Source: a virus (taxonomy: Duplodnaviria > Heunggongvirae > Uroviricota > Caudoviricetes). Taken from it: a DNA stretch of 64,000 bases. The notes below the pieces were generated by a model that was not told where the DNA came from, did not search any database, and was given only the letters and a program-made list of their open reading frames with translations. Position 1 is the first letter of the stretch, and each line of letters starts with the position of its first letter. The position numbers and the translations under genes were made by a program. The stretch is from IMG/VR virus record IMGVR_UViG_3300000176_000003, positions 1-64,000 of that record; one strand, written 5' to 3'. Below, piece by piece: positions 9,076 to 17,552 of this stretch.

Positions 9076-9309
9076 TTGGAGAAACCTATGACACGGCCTA
9101 TCACAATTACCTCGTCTAGTTCTAAGAACGGCACTCAGATTACTACACGATTTGTAGATGACGGAAGAGTGTCTGAGCATATCGAAATTTATGGTGATGA
9201 TACCTTTGCCTATGTGGATACAGGGTTTGAATCTACGGCTATGTTCCAGATCGAATGCATTCCGGCTATTATTAAGGGTCTAAAGCACCTGCAAAGGAAG
9301 ACGAAGTGA
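9076..9309 (+). CDS. hypothetical protein
   Basis: The likely true start is ATG 9088 after RBS GGAGAAACC. Confidence 0.4.
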   Translation: MEKPMTRPITITSSSSKNGTQITTRFVDDGRVSEHIEIYGDDTFAYVDTGFESTAMFQIECIPAIIKGLKHLQRKTK

Positions 9310-9497
9310 GCAATTATTATTCGTATCTGTACGTCGTTATGTGCGAGGATACTGGTGCTAGTGATATGCACCCTGGTGTCTCGGCTGTATTTGAAAGCCG
9401 TGAGAAGGCAGACGCATATGTCGAAAAGTGTATGGATGCTCAATATCAACTCAGGTATTATATCGATACATCTTTTCTAAACGTTTTTGAGGATTGA
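9306..9497 (+). CDS. small protein of the 'EKADAYVEK' paralog family
   Basis: 63 aa with motif F..REKADAYVEK. The same motif type appears in the ORFs at 9665, 15959 and 18187. Confidence 0.4.
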   Translation: MSNYYSYLYVVMCEDTGASDMHPGVSAVFESREKADAYVEKCMDAQYQLRYYIDTSFLNVFED

Positions 9498-9501
9498 TAT
9501 C

Positions 9502-9651
9502 ATGATCATTATGAATATTCTAAACATTTTTTTCATTATAATTGGTATTTTTTATCTAAACAAAATGGACCTAAATCCTTGTATAAGGGTAGTTTGGTGG
9601 CTATCGGTTGTTCTCAGTGCTATGTCTCTAGGTATGCGCCTGTTTAATTAG
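9502..9651 (+). CDS. small hydrophobic membrane peptide (49 aa)
   Basis: MIIMNILNIFFIIIGIFYL... Not in the ORF track. Confidence 0.35.
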   Translation: MIIMNILNIFFIIIGIFYLNKMDLNPCIRVVWWLSVVLSAMSLGMRLFN

Positions 9652-9664
9652 GGTAGTTTGGTAT

Positions 9665-9832
9665 ATGAATAAGGTATGGCTAGTTATTGAGAATTATGTC
9701 GCTCGTTATGAAGGCGACTATGACAGCACCGATGTAGATAAGATTTTTGCGACGAAAGAAGCAGCAGAAGCTTATCTAGAAGGTAAGCCTCGTATCCTGA
9801 CTCCTCCTCTACCGGATAAGGAACCGGAATAA
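9665..9832 (+). CDS. small protein (55 aa) ending in KPRILTPPLPDKEPE
   Basis: Shares its C-terminal motif with ORF 7364..7633 and the F.TKEAAEAYLE motif with the small paralog family. Confidence 0.45.
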   Translation: MNKVWLVIENYVARYEGDYDSTDVDKIFATKEAAEAYLEGKPRILTPPLPDKEPE

Positions 9833-9962
9833 TCTCATGATTAAAGACCTCTCCTTTAAAGCAATATGTCTAATAGTGGCTTTCTGGTTAGTGGTCATTA
9901 CTCTAAGTTATGCTGTTAAATGGTTGATGTAATATATTCTTTAAAACAGGAAAAAGTAAAAC

Positions 9963-10283
9963 ATGACATATTCTCTTTATAGGGTTTCTGATGGTATGGG
10001 GGACTCCGGTCCTATGTCAATGGCTCTTTGGCCATCCGACAACACAGAGGCTGAGAACTATCACATTTCGGGTGTAGAGTACGAGCATAGTGCTCGTCCT
10101 AGAGTGGGTGTAGCCATGAGAGTCGGAAGTATCGGCGTCAGGACTTTTCTGCAGGACTGGTGGCAGACGACTTTGATTACCGAGATTACTGATGAGTGGA
10201 AAGATACCACAGCTAATGGCGACGAAGTCGAATGCGTTCGATTTAAGACCGGTAACTCAACATATATCTGGAAGAAGTTTTAA
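9963..10283 (+). CDS. hypothetical protein
   Basis: 106-aa ORF with A-rich RBS context. Confidence 0.4.
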   Translation: MTYSLYRVSDGMGDSGPMSMALWPSDNTEAENYHISGVEYEHSARPRVGVAMRVGSIGVRTFLQDWWQTTLITEITDEWKDTTANGDEVECVRFKTGNSTYIWKKF

Positions 10284-10341
10284 CTTATAATAATCTTAGA
10301 TAAATTATTAGTATATTCCTCAATACAGTCGGAGACAAAAA

Positions 10342-10629
10342 ATGTTTAAGCGAATTATGTTGGGAACTGCTGTTCTCTGTACCATAGGTCTTACTATGGC
10401 ATTTAGCCAACCTAAGACCAGTAATATCATGCATAATACCTATCACCCACAAGTCGAACGTGAGATCGAGAGTATGCAGCTTGCCTATAGCGGTGTATCT
10501 ACCAAGGAAGATAAAGCTATGATCCGCACTCTGGCATGGAACCTAGTTCGAGATGATGATATCTCGTCTCTTCCTCCTAACCTACAGAATTTCTATAAGA
10601 CACTAGAAAAGGACGCAGTAAAGCAATGA
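10342..10629 (+). CDS. secreted/periplasmic small protein
   Basis: Signal-peptide-like N-terminus MFKRIMLGTAVLCTIGLTMAFSQ. RBS GGAGACAAAAAATG. Confidence 0.45.
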   Translation: MFKRIMLGTAVLCTIGLTMAFSQPKTSNIMHNTYHPQVEREIESMQLAYSGVSTKEDKAMIRTLAWNLVRDDDISSLPPNLQNFYKTLEKDAVKQ

Positions 10630-10832
10630 GTTATTCAGTTGAACTAACTTATGAAATGGTTGACACGATTATCTTAAAAGAACTTAAGTTGTGTCGGCAG
10701 AATTTTGTTGATGATTTGGCTAGGGGTAATGCTCGTGTCTTCTCTATTGATCCCGAAGAAGATGCTGTAGAAATTCAAAGGATGGTCGATGCTCTTAATC
10801 TTATCATTTCTTGGTATAGTGTACCCGAATGA
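10626..10832 (+). CDS. hypothetical protein
   Basis: 68 aa, coupled (ATGA). Confidence 0.35.
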   Translation: MSYSVELTYEMVDTIILKELKLCRQNFVDDLARGNARVFSIDPEEDAVEIQRMVDALNLIISWYSVPE

Positions 10833-10976
10833 GCCTAAATGATGAACCTTTAGATGGTCGTGCAGAATTAGTTCTTGAAATGAGTCGTGAAGAAATCTAT
10901 AATCTCATGATGATGGCTCATAGGCAAGATATTACTCTTAACAAGCTTATTGAAAAGCTGATAATCGATTATATAC

Positions 10977-11216
10977 ATGAATGGAGATATGACTGATATG
11001 AAGACATATTCTTATAATGAACCAGAATATGATGATGTCGGCAATATTGTAGGTAATCTGGTATATACTTTAACTGAAGAAGAGATTATCGATTCATATT
11101 ATGTTCATTGGTCTAGAGAAATGTGCCATCAACGCAAGGATCATCTAGTTACTAAAGACAATTGTATTGATGATTGGGTTGCGGTTAATTGGGCTTGGGA
11201 AGTTAATAATGACTGA
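10977..11216 (+). CDS. hypothetical protein
   Basis: 79-aa ORF. Confidence 0.3.
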   Translation: MNGDMTDMKTYSYNEPEYDDVGNIVGNLVYTLTEEEIIDSYYVHWSREMCHQRKDHLVTKDNCIDDWVAVNWAWEVNND

Positions 11217-11550
11217 AGAACCCAAAAAGACGATTGATTGGGATGAACTACAAAAACTTTCTGAACACATGAGAGAAAGTACTAATCAATACGAAAAGGA
11301 CTGTGATACCTATTGGAAGAACCTTTCTTATGATGATCAACTAAAGGCTTTCTATTCTGTAGTTAAACGTATACATAAAGGCGAACTTGAAGATCGTGGC
11401 TCTTATCGTTGGATTCTTTATGATGTATTTGGATTTGGTCCAGATTCTTATGTTATAGGTATGGATTGTGGATTTCTAGAGTTGCATAATTCTATCTATG
11501 ATGAAAAAGACTTAGAAGAATATTCTAAGCGAAAAGTTATTTACAAATGA
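11167..11550 (+). CDS. hypothetical protein
   Basis: 127-aa ORF. The start may be an internal ATG (MTEEPKK). Confidence 0.35.
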   Translation: MMIGLRLIGLGKLIMTEEPKKTIDWDELQKLSEHMRESTNQYEKDCDTYWKNLSYDDQLKAFYSVVKRIHKGELEDRGSYRWILYDVFGFGPDSYVIGMDCGFLELHNSIYDEKDLEEYSKRKVIYK

Positions 11551-11699
11551 AAGATCAATATGATCCTAATTCATGGGAAAACAGGTTCTTAATAGCTTGT
11601 ACTATTTGGGGTATGGGCACTTTACCTATGGCCATTGTTTGGGTTATCATGTATATTATCTTTTGGATCGTACAACATGTTAGAATTGGAATTATATAA
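11547..11699 (+). CDS. small hydrophobic membrane peptide (50 aa)
   Basis: ATGA-coupled. TM helix LPMAIVWVIMYIIFWIV. Confidence 0.35.
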   Translation: MKDQYDPNSWENRFLIACTIWGMGTLPMAIVWVIMYIIFWIVQHVRIGII

Positions 11700-12118
11700 T
11701 GACTATTTTTGAAACTATCAAAGCTGATGTCCTTCAGGCTCGTAAGGATCGTGACCAAACTAAGGTGAACGTACTTAATACGCTTATTGCAGAACTATGC
11801 CGAGAAACTAAGGAACCGAATGACGACCAAGTTGTAAAGGTTGTTAGGAAGTTTCTTAAGAATCTTGATATCAGTATGTACGCTGTTGCTAAGGCAATTC
11901 ATCTTACTCGTGAAAGTGATCTGAATACCCTTTCTCGTGAATATAAGATTGTGTCGGTATACAATAAGGAAGATGAAGCGGTTGATTTTCACTCCGTCGT
12001 TGATCAATTAATTGACGATAACCCTGGCAAGTCTATGGGTTGGTATCTTGGTCAAACCCTAAAGGCAGTAGGTGGAAATCCAATTGCTATTAAGACATAT
12101 CTAGAAAGCAAAATTTAA
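11699..12118 (+). CDS. GatB/YqeY-domain protein
   Basis: 139 aa. IKADVLQARKDRDQTKVNVLNTLIAEL ... KSMGWYLGQTLKAVGGNPIAIKTYLESKI matches the YqeY/GatB C-terminal domain pattern. Confidence 0.55.
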   Translation: MTIFETIKADVLQARKDRDQTKVNVLNTLIAELCRETKEPNDDQVVKVVRKFLKNLDISMYAVAKAIHLTRESDLNTLSREYKIVSVYNKEDEAVDFHSVVDQLIDDNPGKSMGWYLGQTLKAVGGNPIAIKTYLESKI

Positions 12119-12384
12119 TGAATAAGATTTTAGTACTAGCTATGGTTCTAACACTTACAGCCTGTCATAAGGTAGAACCACCAAAACAATATGATACCCT
12201 AGATAAGGTAAAAGATCGAATTGAAAACGGCGAAGCTGCAGTTGTGAGGGTGTGTCTTGAAGAAACCTATATCGTTAAGCTAGACGATAAGTATTATGTT
12301 CAGCATATTCATAGCGAACATAATATAGTAGGTGTACTAGAAGACGGTGTGCCTGTAGATAGCGTTTGTCAGGAAAAGAAGTAA
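12118..12384 (+). CDS. small lipoprotein
   Basis: Lipobox MVLTLTAC after the signal peptide. Confidence 0.5.
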   Translation: MNKILVLAMVLTLTACHKVEPPKQYDTLDKVKDRIENGEAAVVRVCLEETYIVKLDDKYYVQHIHSEHNIVGVLEDGVPVDSVCQEKK

Positions 12385-13181
12385 TGAAGATTAAACTAGC
12401 AAGTGACATACATTTGGAATTTTCTCCACATACAACTATTCGGCAAAATGAAACTCCGGTTGATGTATTAGTTCTTGCTGGTGATATTTGTGTTGGTGAC
12501 TATTTCACACGTCCTGTCGAGAGTCCTTATTATCAAGTAGCACACAATTTTGATCGGTTCTTTGCTATTGTTTCTGATGAGTTTGAGAATGTAATCTATG
12601 TTCCCGGCAACCATGAATATTATCGTGGTTATATTGATAGAACGCTAGATGATATCCGCGAAGCTCTGTCCAAGTACAAGAACATTCATATTCTAAATGA
12701 TCAGTTTGTTGATATTGGTGATACTCGATTTATTGGTTCTACTTTGTGGACTGATATGCATAGGGGTGATCCTCTTACTATGGAAACTCTTCGACATGGT
12801 ATGAACGACTTTAAGTTGATTGAGAATAAGGCTACTCATCGGAAGTTTCTACCCAAGGATGCTTTAGCGGTTCATATTCAATCAAGAAAGTTTATCTTTG
12901 ATACTGCTAAGACTCACGATAAGTGTGTGGTAGTTTCTCATCATGCTCCTTCTGAAATGTCTGTCCATCCTCGGTATCGTCATGATTATCATATGAATGG
13001 TGGTTATTATTCTAATATAGAAGACGAGATCATCGATCATCCTTCTATTAAAGCCTGGATGCATGGACATATGCACGACTCATTTGTTTATATGTTAGGG
13101 TCTACTTCGGTCTATTGTAATCCAAAAGGCTACAATGACCAGAATCCACATTATAATAGGAACTTTGTTTATGAGTTATAA
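12384..13181 (+). CDS. calcineurin-like metallophosphoesterase
   Basis: Motifs ASDIHLEF, GDICVGD, GNHEYY and GHMHDS. The open frame extends up to 12366. Confidence 0.75.
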   Translation: MKIKLASDIHLEFSPHTTIRQNETPVDVLVLAGDICVGDYFTRPVESPYYQVAHNFDRFFAIVSDEFENVIYVPGNHEYYRGYIDRTLDDIREALSKYKNIHILNDQFVDIGDTRFIGSTLWTDMHRGDPLTMETLRHGMNDFKLIENKATHRKFLPKDALAVHIQSRKFIFDTAKTHDKCVVVSHHAPSEMSVHPRYRHDYHMNGGYYSNIEDEIIDHPSIKAWMHGHMHDSFVYMLGSTSVYCNPKGYNDQNPHYNRNFVYEL

Positions 13182-13443
13182 GGATTTATCTGCTCGTCTT
13201 AGAGTACAAGCAGAGAACGTAGAAGAGGACGGGTGGTTCAATGCTGCTCGTCTAATGCGGGGTGCTGCTGATGAACTTGAAGAACTTAAAGCCAGAAATG
13301 CCGAGTTAACAAAACATCTTCTAATTACTACAGAAGAGTCTTGGCCTTATATTCATCAATGGTGTTCTATTGACCGAGTAAAAAAGAATTGGCTTGATGC
13401 CAGAGAATTTTTGCGTGGCAATGATCCAAAGGTTAACTATTAA
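13135..13443 (+). CDS. hypothetical coiled-coil protein
   Basis: 102-aa ORF. The likely start is the internal Met in MSYKDL. Confidence 0.35.
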   Translation: MTRIHIIIGTLFMSYKDLSARLRVQAENVEEDGWFNAARLMRGAADELEELKARNAELTKHLLITTEESWPYIHQWCSIDRVKKNWLDAREFLRGNDPKVNY

Positions 13444-13445
13444 TC

Positions 13446-14192
13446 ATGAATAATGCAGTATTCTATCACTACTTTATTCCTGATGGGTCTATTGTTATGT
13501 GGTCATATTGGCTAGATGAACAGGCTCGTCTTATGATAGAGAGTGGACTTAAGGATAATGCCAAGGTCTATATGTGTATTACTATGCCAACTCATTATGG
13601 TAGTATGCACAATATGGAATTTCATGCAGACAGGAGTTCTAATAAATTCAACTTTGCTCAAAAAGTAGTAGAGTATATCAATAACAGATATCCTTGGATT
13701 ATCATTCTTAGTGTGCGGTCTACTCAAGAATTTAATCTATTTGAGGGACCAACCCTAGAAAAAATGTGGGAATATTCAAAAGTTCACAATGGTTCTGTTC
13801 TTTACATTCACAGCAAAGGTTCTCATAGTATTAATCTTGGCGGTCTTGCTGTAAAAAATTGGTTCGAAGTCCTCAATCACTTTCTAATCACTGAATGGAG
13901 AGAATGTCTAAAAGACCTAGAAAAGTTTGACCTTGTTGGTGTTCAGGATGCTAACCCGGTCAAAATTAAATACTTAAATGATATGAAAACTAACAATTTA
14001 GTCTCTGGTAATTTTTACTGGACAACCACCGAATACTTGGTTAATCTACCAAAACCTAAATTGTTAGAAAGTCGATATGATTTTGAACGATGGGTGTTGA
14101 CAAACGATCCTGTGGTGGGTTATAGAGTCGATACTAAAACAAACCACTACCGAGACTATTGTTTCGTGGAAAATCTTTTGGAGATAAAATGA
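13446..14192 (+). CDS. hypothetical protein
   Basis: 248 aa with no confident motif. Confidence 0.45.
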   Translation: MNNAVFYHYFIPDGSIVMWSYWLDEQARLMIESGLKDNAKVYMCITMPTHYGSMHNMEFHADRSSNKFNFAQKVVEYINNRYPWIIILSVRSTQEFNLFEGPTLEKMWEYSKVHNGSVLYIHSKGSHSINLGGLAVKNWFEVLNHFLITEWRECLKDLEKFDLVGVQDANPVKIKYLNDMKTNNLVSGNFYWTTTEYLVNLPKPKLLESRYDFERWVLTNDPVVGYRVDTKTNHYRDYCFVENLLEIK

Positions 14193-14767
14193 TTACCGTT
14201 CCATTTAAACGAGTTGCCGACCGTCTGATTCTTGATACCGACGTTATGAGTATCATTCGTAAGCGTGATGTCTATCTGGCTGGGGGTGCTCTTCGGGGTA
14301 TCTTCGGTAAGGACGAAACCATTATGGATTATGATGTTTTCTTTCCTAATGGATTGGTTTCTCATGAAGTTGGTCTTGACCTTGAAGACATTGGATTTGA
14401 AGTCATTTTCAAGTGTCCTGAAGGCAAGCTTACTTCCTATAAGCGCGGTGATCTTAAGGTTCAGCTTATCACCGAAAATTTCTATCCTTCTCCCGAAAAT
14501 CTGATCGACACCTTTGATATTAATGCCTGCCGCATTGCATTTTGGGCTGATATGATCTACACTGACCGAAACGCTATTCGAGATATGCGTAGGAAGCGAA
14601 TTACCCTGCATAAGGTGGATTTTCCTATGGCTACCTTTAAGCGTATCGTAAAATACACAAAGAAGAATTATGTGCTTGACAATCGAGCCGTACAATTCTA
14701 TGTTAGCGATATTGTTGATAAGACCCTAAAGGGTATTCCGGTGGATGGGAGATTTTACATTGACTGA
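14189..14767 (+). CDS. minimal nucleotidyltransferase (pol-beta superfamily, CCA-adding/poly(A)-polymerase head-like)
   Basis: DVYLAGGALRGIFGKD..DYDVFF is GG[AS]xR plus DxD, typical of the tRNA-NT/PAP head domain. Strong RBS GGAGATAAAATG at 14181-14191. Confidence 0.55.
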   Translation: MITVPFKRVADRLILDTDVMSIIRKRDVYLAGGALRGIFGKDETIMDYDVFFPNGLVSHEVGLDLEDIGFEVIFKCPEGKLTSYKRGDLKVQLITENFYPSPENLIDTFDINACRIAFWADMIYTDRNAIRDMRRKRITLHKVDFPMATFKRIVKYTKKNYVLDNRAVQFYVSDIVDKTLKGIPVDGRFYID

Positions 14768-14942
14768 CATTGGTCCTGGTGATCTAGTGGAATGTATTGA
14801 TGCTGATGGATATGTCCCTTATATCGCGGCTATCGGGGGTGGCGATTATATCGTAATTGATATTGACAACGAAACCGGTAAGGTGGTAGGGTGGGTTCCT
14901 CTCACGGAAGATGAACTCCGTGAAGCTGCAAAGGAAATGTAA
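14745..14942 (+). CDS. hypothetical protein
   Basis: 65 aa, acidic. Confidence 0.35.
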   Translation: MGDFTLTDIGPGDLVECIDADGYVPYIAAIGGGDYIVIDIDNETGKVVGWVPLTEDELREAAKEM

Positions 14943-15133
14943 TGAAGGTATCTGAACTGATTGAAGCTCTATCTAAGCTTCCTCCTGATATGGACGTTGT
15001 GGTGATTGATGATCTAACTGATGGGACGTATAATAAGATCGATGATATCATATACCATACTGTAGAAGAATTAGCTAATTACATGCATCTTTCTGCCGTA
15101 TATCCCAATGGCGTCGTTTACTTGGATTCATAA
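14942..15133 (+). CDS. hypothetical protein
   Basis: 63 aa, ATGA-coupled. Confidence 0.35.
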   Translation: MKVSELIEALSKLPPDMDVVVIDDLTDGTYNKIDDIIYHTVEELANYMHLSAVYPNGVVYLDS

Positions 15134-15389
15134 TATGGAACATTATATTCTCGAACTAACTAAAGAAGAAGTTGCTACTCTATATGTCGTACTGCGTAAT
15201 ATTTCTGGTAGTCCCACAGAGTCTCCTAGAAAGTATGTTGATGATATCTATGATGCAGTATGTACTTTGATGGATATGTCAAAAGATGATGGGCGTGGAA
15301 TCGATTGCTCAGACATCTGTGATGGTGATATACATTTTAAGAAATTTTATGATGGAAATTTTCATGATGCCGTAAAGGCTGTTAAATAA
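15108..15389 (+). CDS. hypothetical protein
   Basis: 93-aa ORF. Confidence 0.35.
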   Translation: MASFTWIHNMEHYILELTKEEVATLYVVLRNISGSPTESPRKYVDDIYDAVCTLMDMSKDDGRGIDCSDICDGDIHFKKFYDGNFHDAVKAVK

Positions 15390-15535
15390 TTGTTATTTGT
15401 GGTAAGGAAAGTTCTGTCGTGATGCTCTGGCCAGAGTCTCGATGGAAAACGGATTGATCTACCGTTAAAAGGAGGATGGGCAAGAGCCGGGCAAGAGCCG
15501 GCTCCAGATACCCCACCTGCCACAAGCTTTTTTTG

Positions 15536-15563
15536 TTGACACCATTTTTTGATCGTATATGAT
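15536..15563 (+). promoter_or_regulatory. sigma70-like promoter TTGACA-N16-TATGAT
   Basis: ctttttttgTTGACAcc...TATGAT has the same architecture as the 6266 promoter. It follows GC-rich dyads and direct repeats (gcaagagccgg x2). Confidence 0.5.
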
Positions 15564-15776
15564 GATTTTACGCATTATGGAGAACGAAATGACCACCAAT
15601 TACGTCCTAACCACGGCTGAAGGCCTTCGCCAATTCTATGCCGAGTTTGCCAGCCTTTTGGCCGACATCGACTACCTTGGTCTGACCGAGTACGAGATCG
15701 AGGTCGAAACCGCAGATTGACATTAATTCGAGGCCTGATAAAATGGTCTTACAAAATCGGAAACAAGGAAACGAAC

Positions 15777-15962
15777 ATGGCTTTTATCGAAAACCCTATG
15801 AATGTCTATGGCAATGCTTATGTCTCTGGCCATGCTAATGTCTCTGACAATGCTAATGTCTTTGGCGATGCTGTAGTCTCTGGCAATGCTGTAGTCTTTG
15901 CTCGCGGTACAGTCTTTGATGCTCCCCAACTATTCTCTTTTGATGATTCAGGAGTAATGTGA
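15777..15962 (+). CDS. short hexapeptide-repeat protein, paralog 2 of 4
   Basis: MAFIENPMNVYGNAYVSGHANVSDNANVFGDAVVSGNAVV. The N-terminus MA[FY]IEN is shared with paralogs 3 and 4. RBS AAGGAAACGAAC. The ORF-track start at 15717 is probably too early. Confidence 0.55.
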   Translation: MAFIENPMNVYGNAYVSGHANVSDNANVFGDAVVSGNAVVFARGTVFDAPQLFSFDDSGVM

Positions 15963-16180
15963 TGTCTACAAACATTAACGATCATACTTCATACTCATAT
16001 GTTGTATATGTTAGTGACTATAATAATGGTGATTGTACTCTAAATTCAGTCATGTTTCATGAACATCAAGCTAAGGCTTATTGTGAATATATGAATACTA
16101 AAGCTGAAAAAAATATCAAATACTCATATGAACGCGCCATCAATCGTGTATGGCCTATTGAAGGATTTTATGGTGAATAA
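15959..16180 (+). CDS. small protein of the QAKAYCEYM paralog family
   Basis: 73 aa with ...YVVYVSDYNNGDC...FHEHQAKAYCEYM. Confidence 0.4.
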   Translation: MMSTNINDHTSYSYVVYVSDYNNGDCTLNSVMFHEHQAKAYCEYMNTKAEKNIKYSYERAINRVWPIEGFYGE

Positions 16181-16394
16181 AGAAACTGGACTAATTATTA
16201 AGGCCGTATGTTATATTACGATCCTTATCACTATTGCTTATTTTATGTTTCGTGTGGCTATTCCCTTTACTCTGGGTATGCCGTCTGATCTAGTGGTCCT
16301 CGCTATTCCTCTGCTTGTCGGTGGAACTATCGTTGGTCTGTTCTACCTCGGCTCTATCTTTTTCAACGACTTTACTTCTAAGAAGGATCAATAA
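16170..16394 (+). CDS. small two-TM membrane protein (possible NfeD-like partner of the SPFH protein)
   Basis: Two hydrophobic helices. Immediately upstream of, and 3 nt from, the SPFH gene. The frame is open from 16128. Confidence 0.4.
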   Translation: MVNKETGLIIKAVCYITILITIAYFMFRVAIPFTLGMPSDLVVLAIPLLVGGTIVGLFYLGSIFFNDFTSKKDQ

Positions 16395-16397
16395 TAC

Positions 16398-17228
16398 ATG
16401 CAACTTCGTAATGTAATTCTGTCTGTCTCTGCTGCTATGCTGCTTACTGCTTGTGGTCCTAATGTACAAGTAGGTAATGTTGGCTTTCTAGTTAAGACTG
16501 TTGGTGAAGGTGCTGGTGTTCAACCACAACCGCTTGCTGTTGGGTATCACTTTACTGGTCCTAATGAGTATATCATCGAATACCCTGCTATCACTCGTAC
16601 TTATCAGTGGACTAAGCCTGGGGATGGTGATAACAAGAACGCAAATGAAGAGTTTGCTTTCAATGACTCTACTGGTCTGCCTCTGACTGCTGATGTATCT
16701 GTTACTATGCACGTCGATCCTTCCAAGGTTGCAGAAATCTATACCAAGTATAAGCTTGACTTTGATGCTCTGCGTGATGGTCCTGTGCGTGCATATGTTC
16801 GTACTTCTATTGCTCTGGAAGCTTCCAAGCTGACTTCAGATCAACTTTATACTGCTGCTCGTCAACAAGTCATTACTAATGCTCTGAAGGACGTTCAACA
16901 ACACTTTGCTGGTTCTGGTATTGAAATCTCTGATCTACAGTGGATCGGGTCTATTCGTTTCCCTGCTGCTGTAACTCAAGCAATTGAGAACAAGACCAAG
17001 GCTGACCAGGAAGCACAAGTTGCTGAGCGCCAAGTACAAGTTGAAAAGAATCGTGCTGATGCTGCTGTTGCTAAGGCTCGTGGTGAAGCTGATGCTACTC
17101 GTATCAAGGGTGAAGCACTGCACGCTAACCCCCAAGTGCTGCAACAAGAGTGGATTTCCAAGTGGAATGGCGTTCTTCCAACCACTGTGACTGGTAGCAA
17201 TACTATGATGATGGTAAAGCCCGACTGA
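16398..17228 (+). CDS. SPFH/band-7 (prohibitin-like) lipoprotein
   Basis: Lipobox LLTACG. The C-terminal region AQVAERQVQVEKNRADAAVAKARGEADATRIKGEA resembles an HflK/C-type SPFH domain followed by a coiled coil. Confidence 0.6.
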   Translation: MQLRNVILSVSAAMLLTACGPNVQVGNVGFLVKTVGEGAGVQPQPLAVGYHFTGPNEYIIEYPAITRTYQWTKPGDGDNKNANEEFAFNDSTGLPLTADVSVTMHVDPSKVAEIYTKYKLDFDALRDGPVRAYVRTSIALEASKLTSDQLYTAARQQVITNALKDVQQHFAGSGIEISDLQWIGSIRFPAAVTQAIENKTKADQEAQVAERQVQVEKNRADAAVAKARGEADATRIKGEALHANPQVLQQEWISKWNGVLPTTVTGSNTMMMVKPD

Positions 17229-17315
17229 TATATAGTAAATAGTACATTGAAACAGCGTATTAGTAACCGTAAACCTATTAAACCCACAAAATCTAAGAAG
17301 ATCGGAAGGTAAAAA

Positions 17316-17429
17316 ATGGAATTTGATGATTATGACTATGATGTTGATGCTGATTATGACGACTATGATGATTATGACTATGACATGCAAGAGGATTACC
17401 CGGAAGACTTTGGGGATTTCGACTACTAA
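17316..17429 (+). CDS. hyperacidic Asp/Tyr-rich peptide (37 aa, not in ORF track)
   Basis: MEFDDYDYDVDADYDDYDDYDYDMQEDYPEDFGDFDY. RBS GGAAGGTAAAAAATG. A terminator follows directly. Confidence 0.5.
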   Translation: MEFDDYDYDVDADYDDYDDYDYDMQEDYPEDFGDFDY

Positions 17430-17441
17430 CCTTTAACCAAA

Positions 17442-17479
17442 GGGGATATGGGAAAAATTCCATATCCCCTCATTTTTTT
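17442..17479 (+). terminator. rho-independent terminator
   Basis: ggggatatgg-gaaaaatt-ccatatcccc followed by an 8-T run, immediately followed by promoter tttttttgTTGACG. Confidence 0.75.
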
Positions 17480-17552
17480 GTTGACGGTCGATTTAGCCTC
17501 TGTTAGCTTAGGGTCATAGGCGAAACGGTTTGCCTCCAAACAAGGGACTAAG

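Noticed and set aside
15417-15512. CTCTGGCCAGAG perfect palindrome and gcaagagccgg x2 direct repeat
   Set aside because: The sequences are real but short. They are most simply part of the terminator/UP-element context of the 15536 promoter, and there is not enough evidence for a separate function.
15723-15929. Minus-strand ORF across the second hexapeptide repeat
   Set aside because: Repeat-derived antisense artefact, as above.
16935-17390. Minus-strand ORFs opposite the SPFH gene 3' end
   Set aside because: Low-complexity (IIIVVI...) antisense frames. They conflict with a well-supported + strand gene and terminator.
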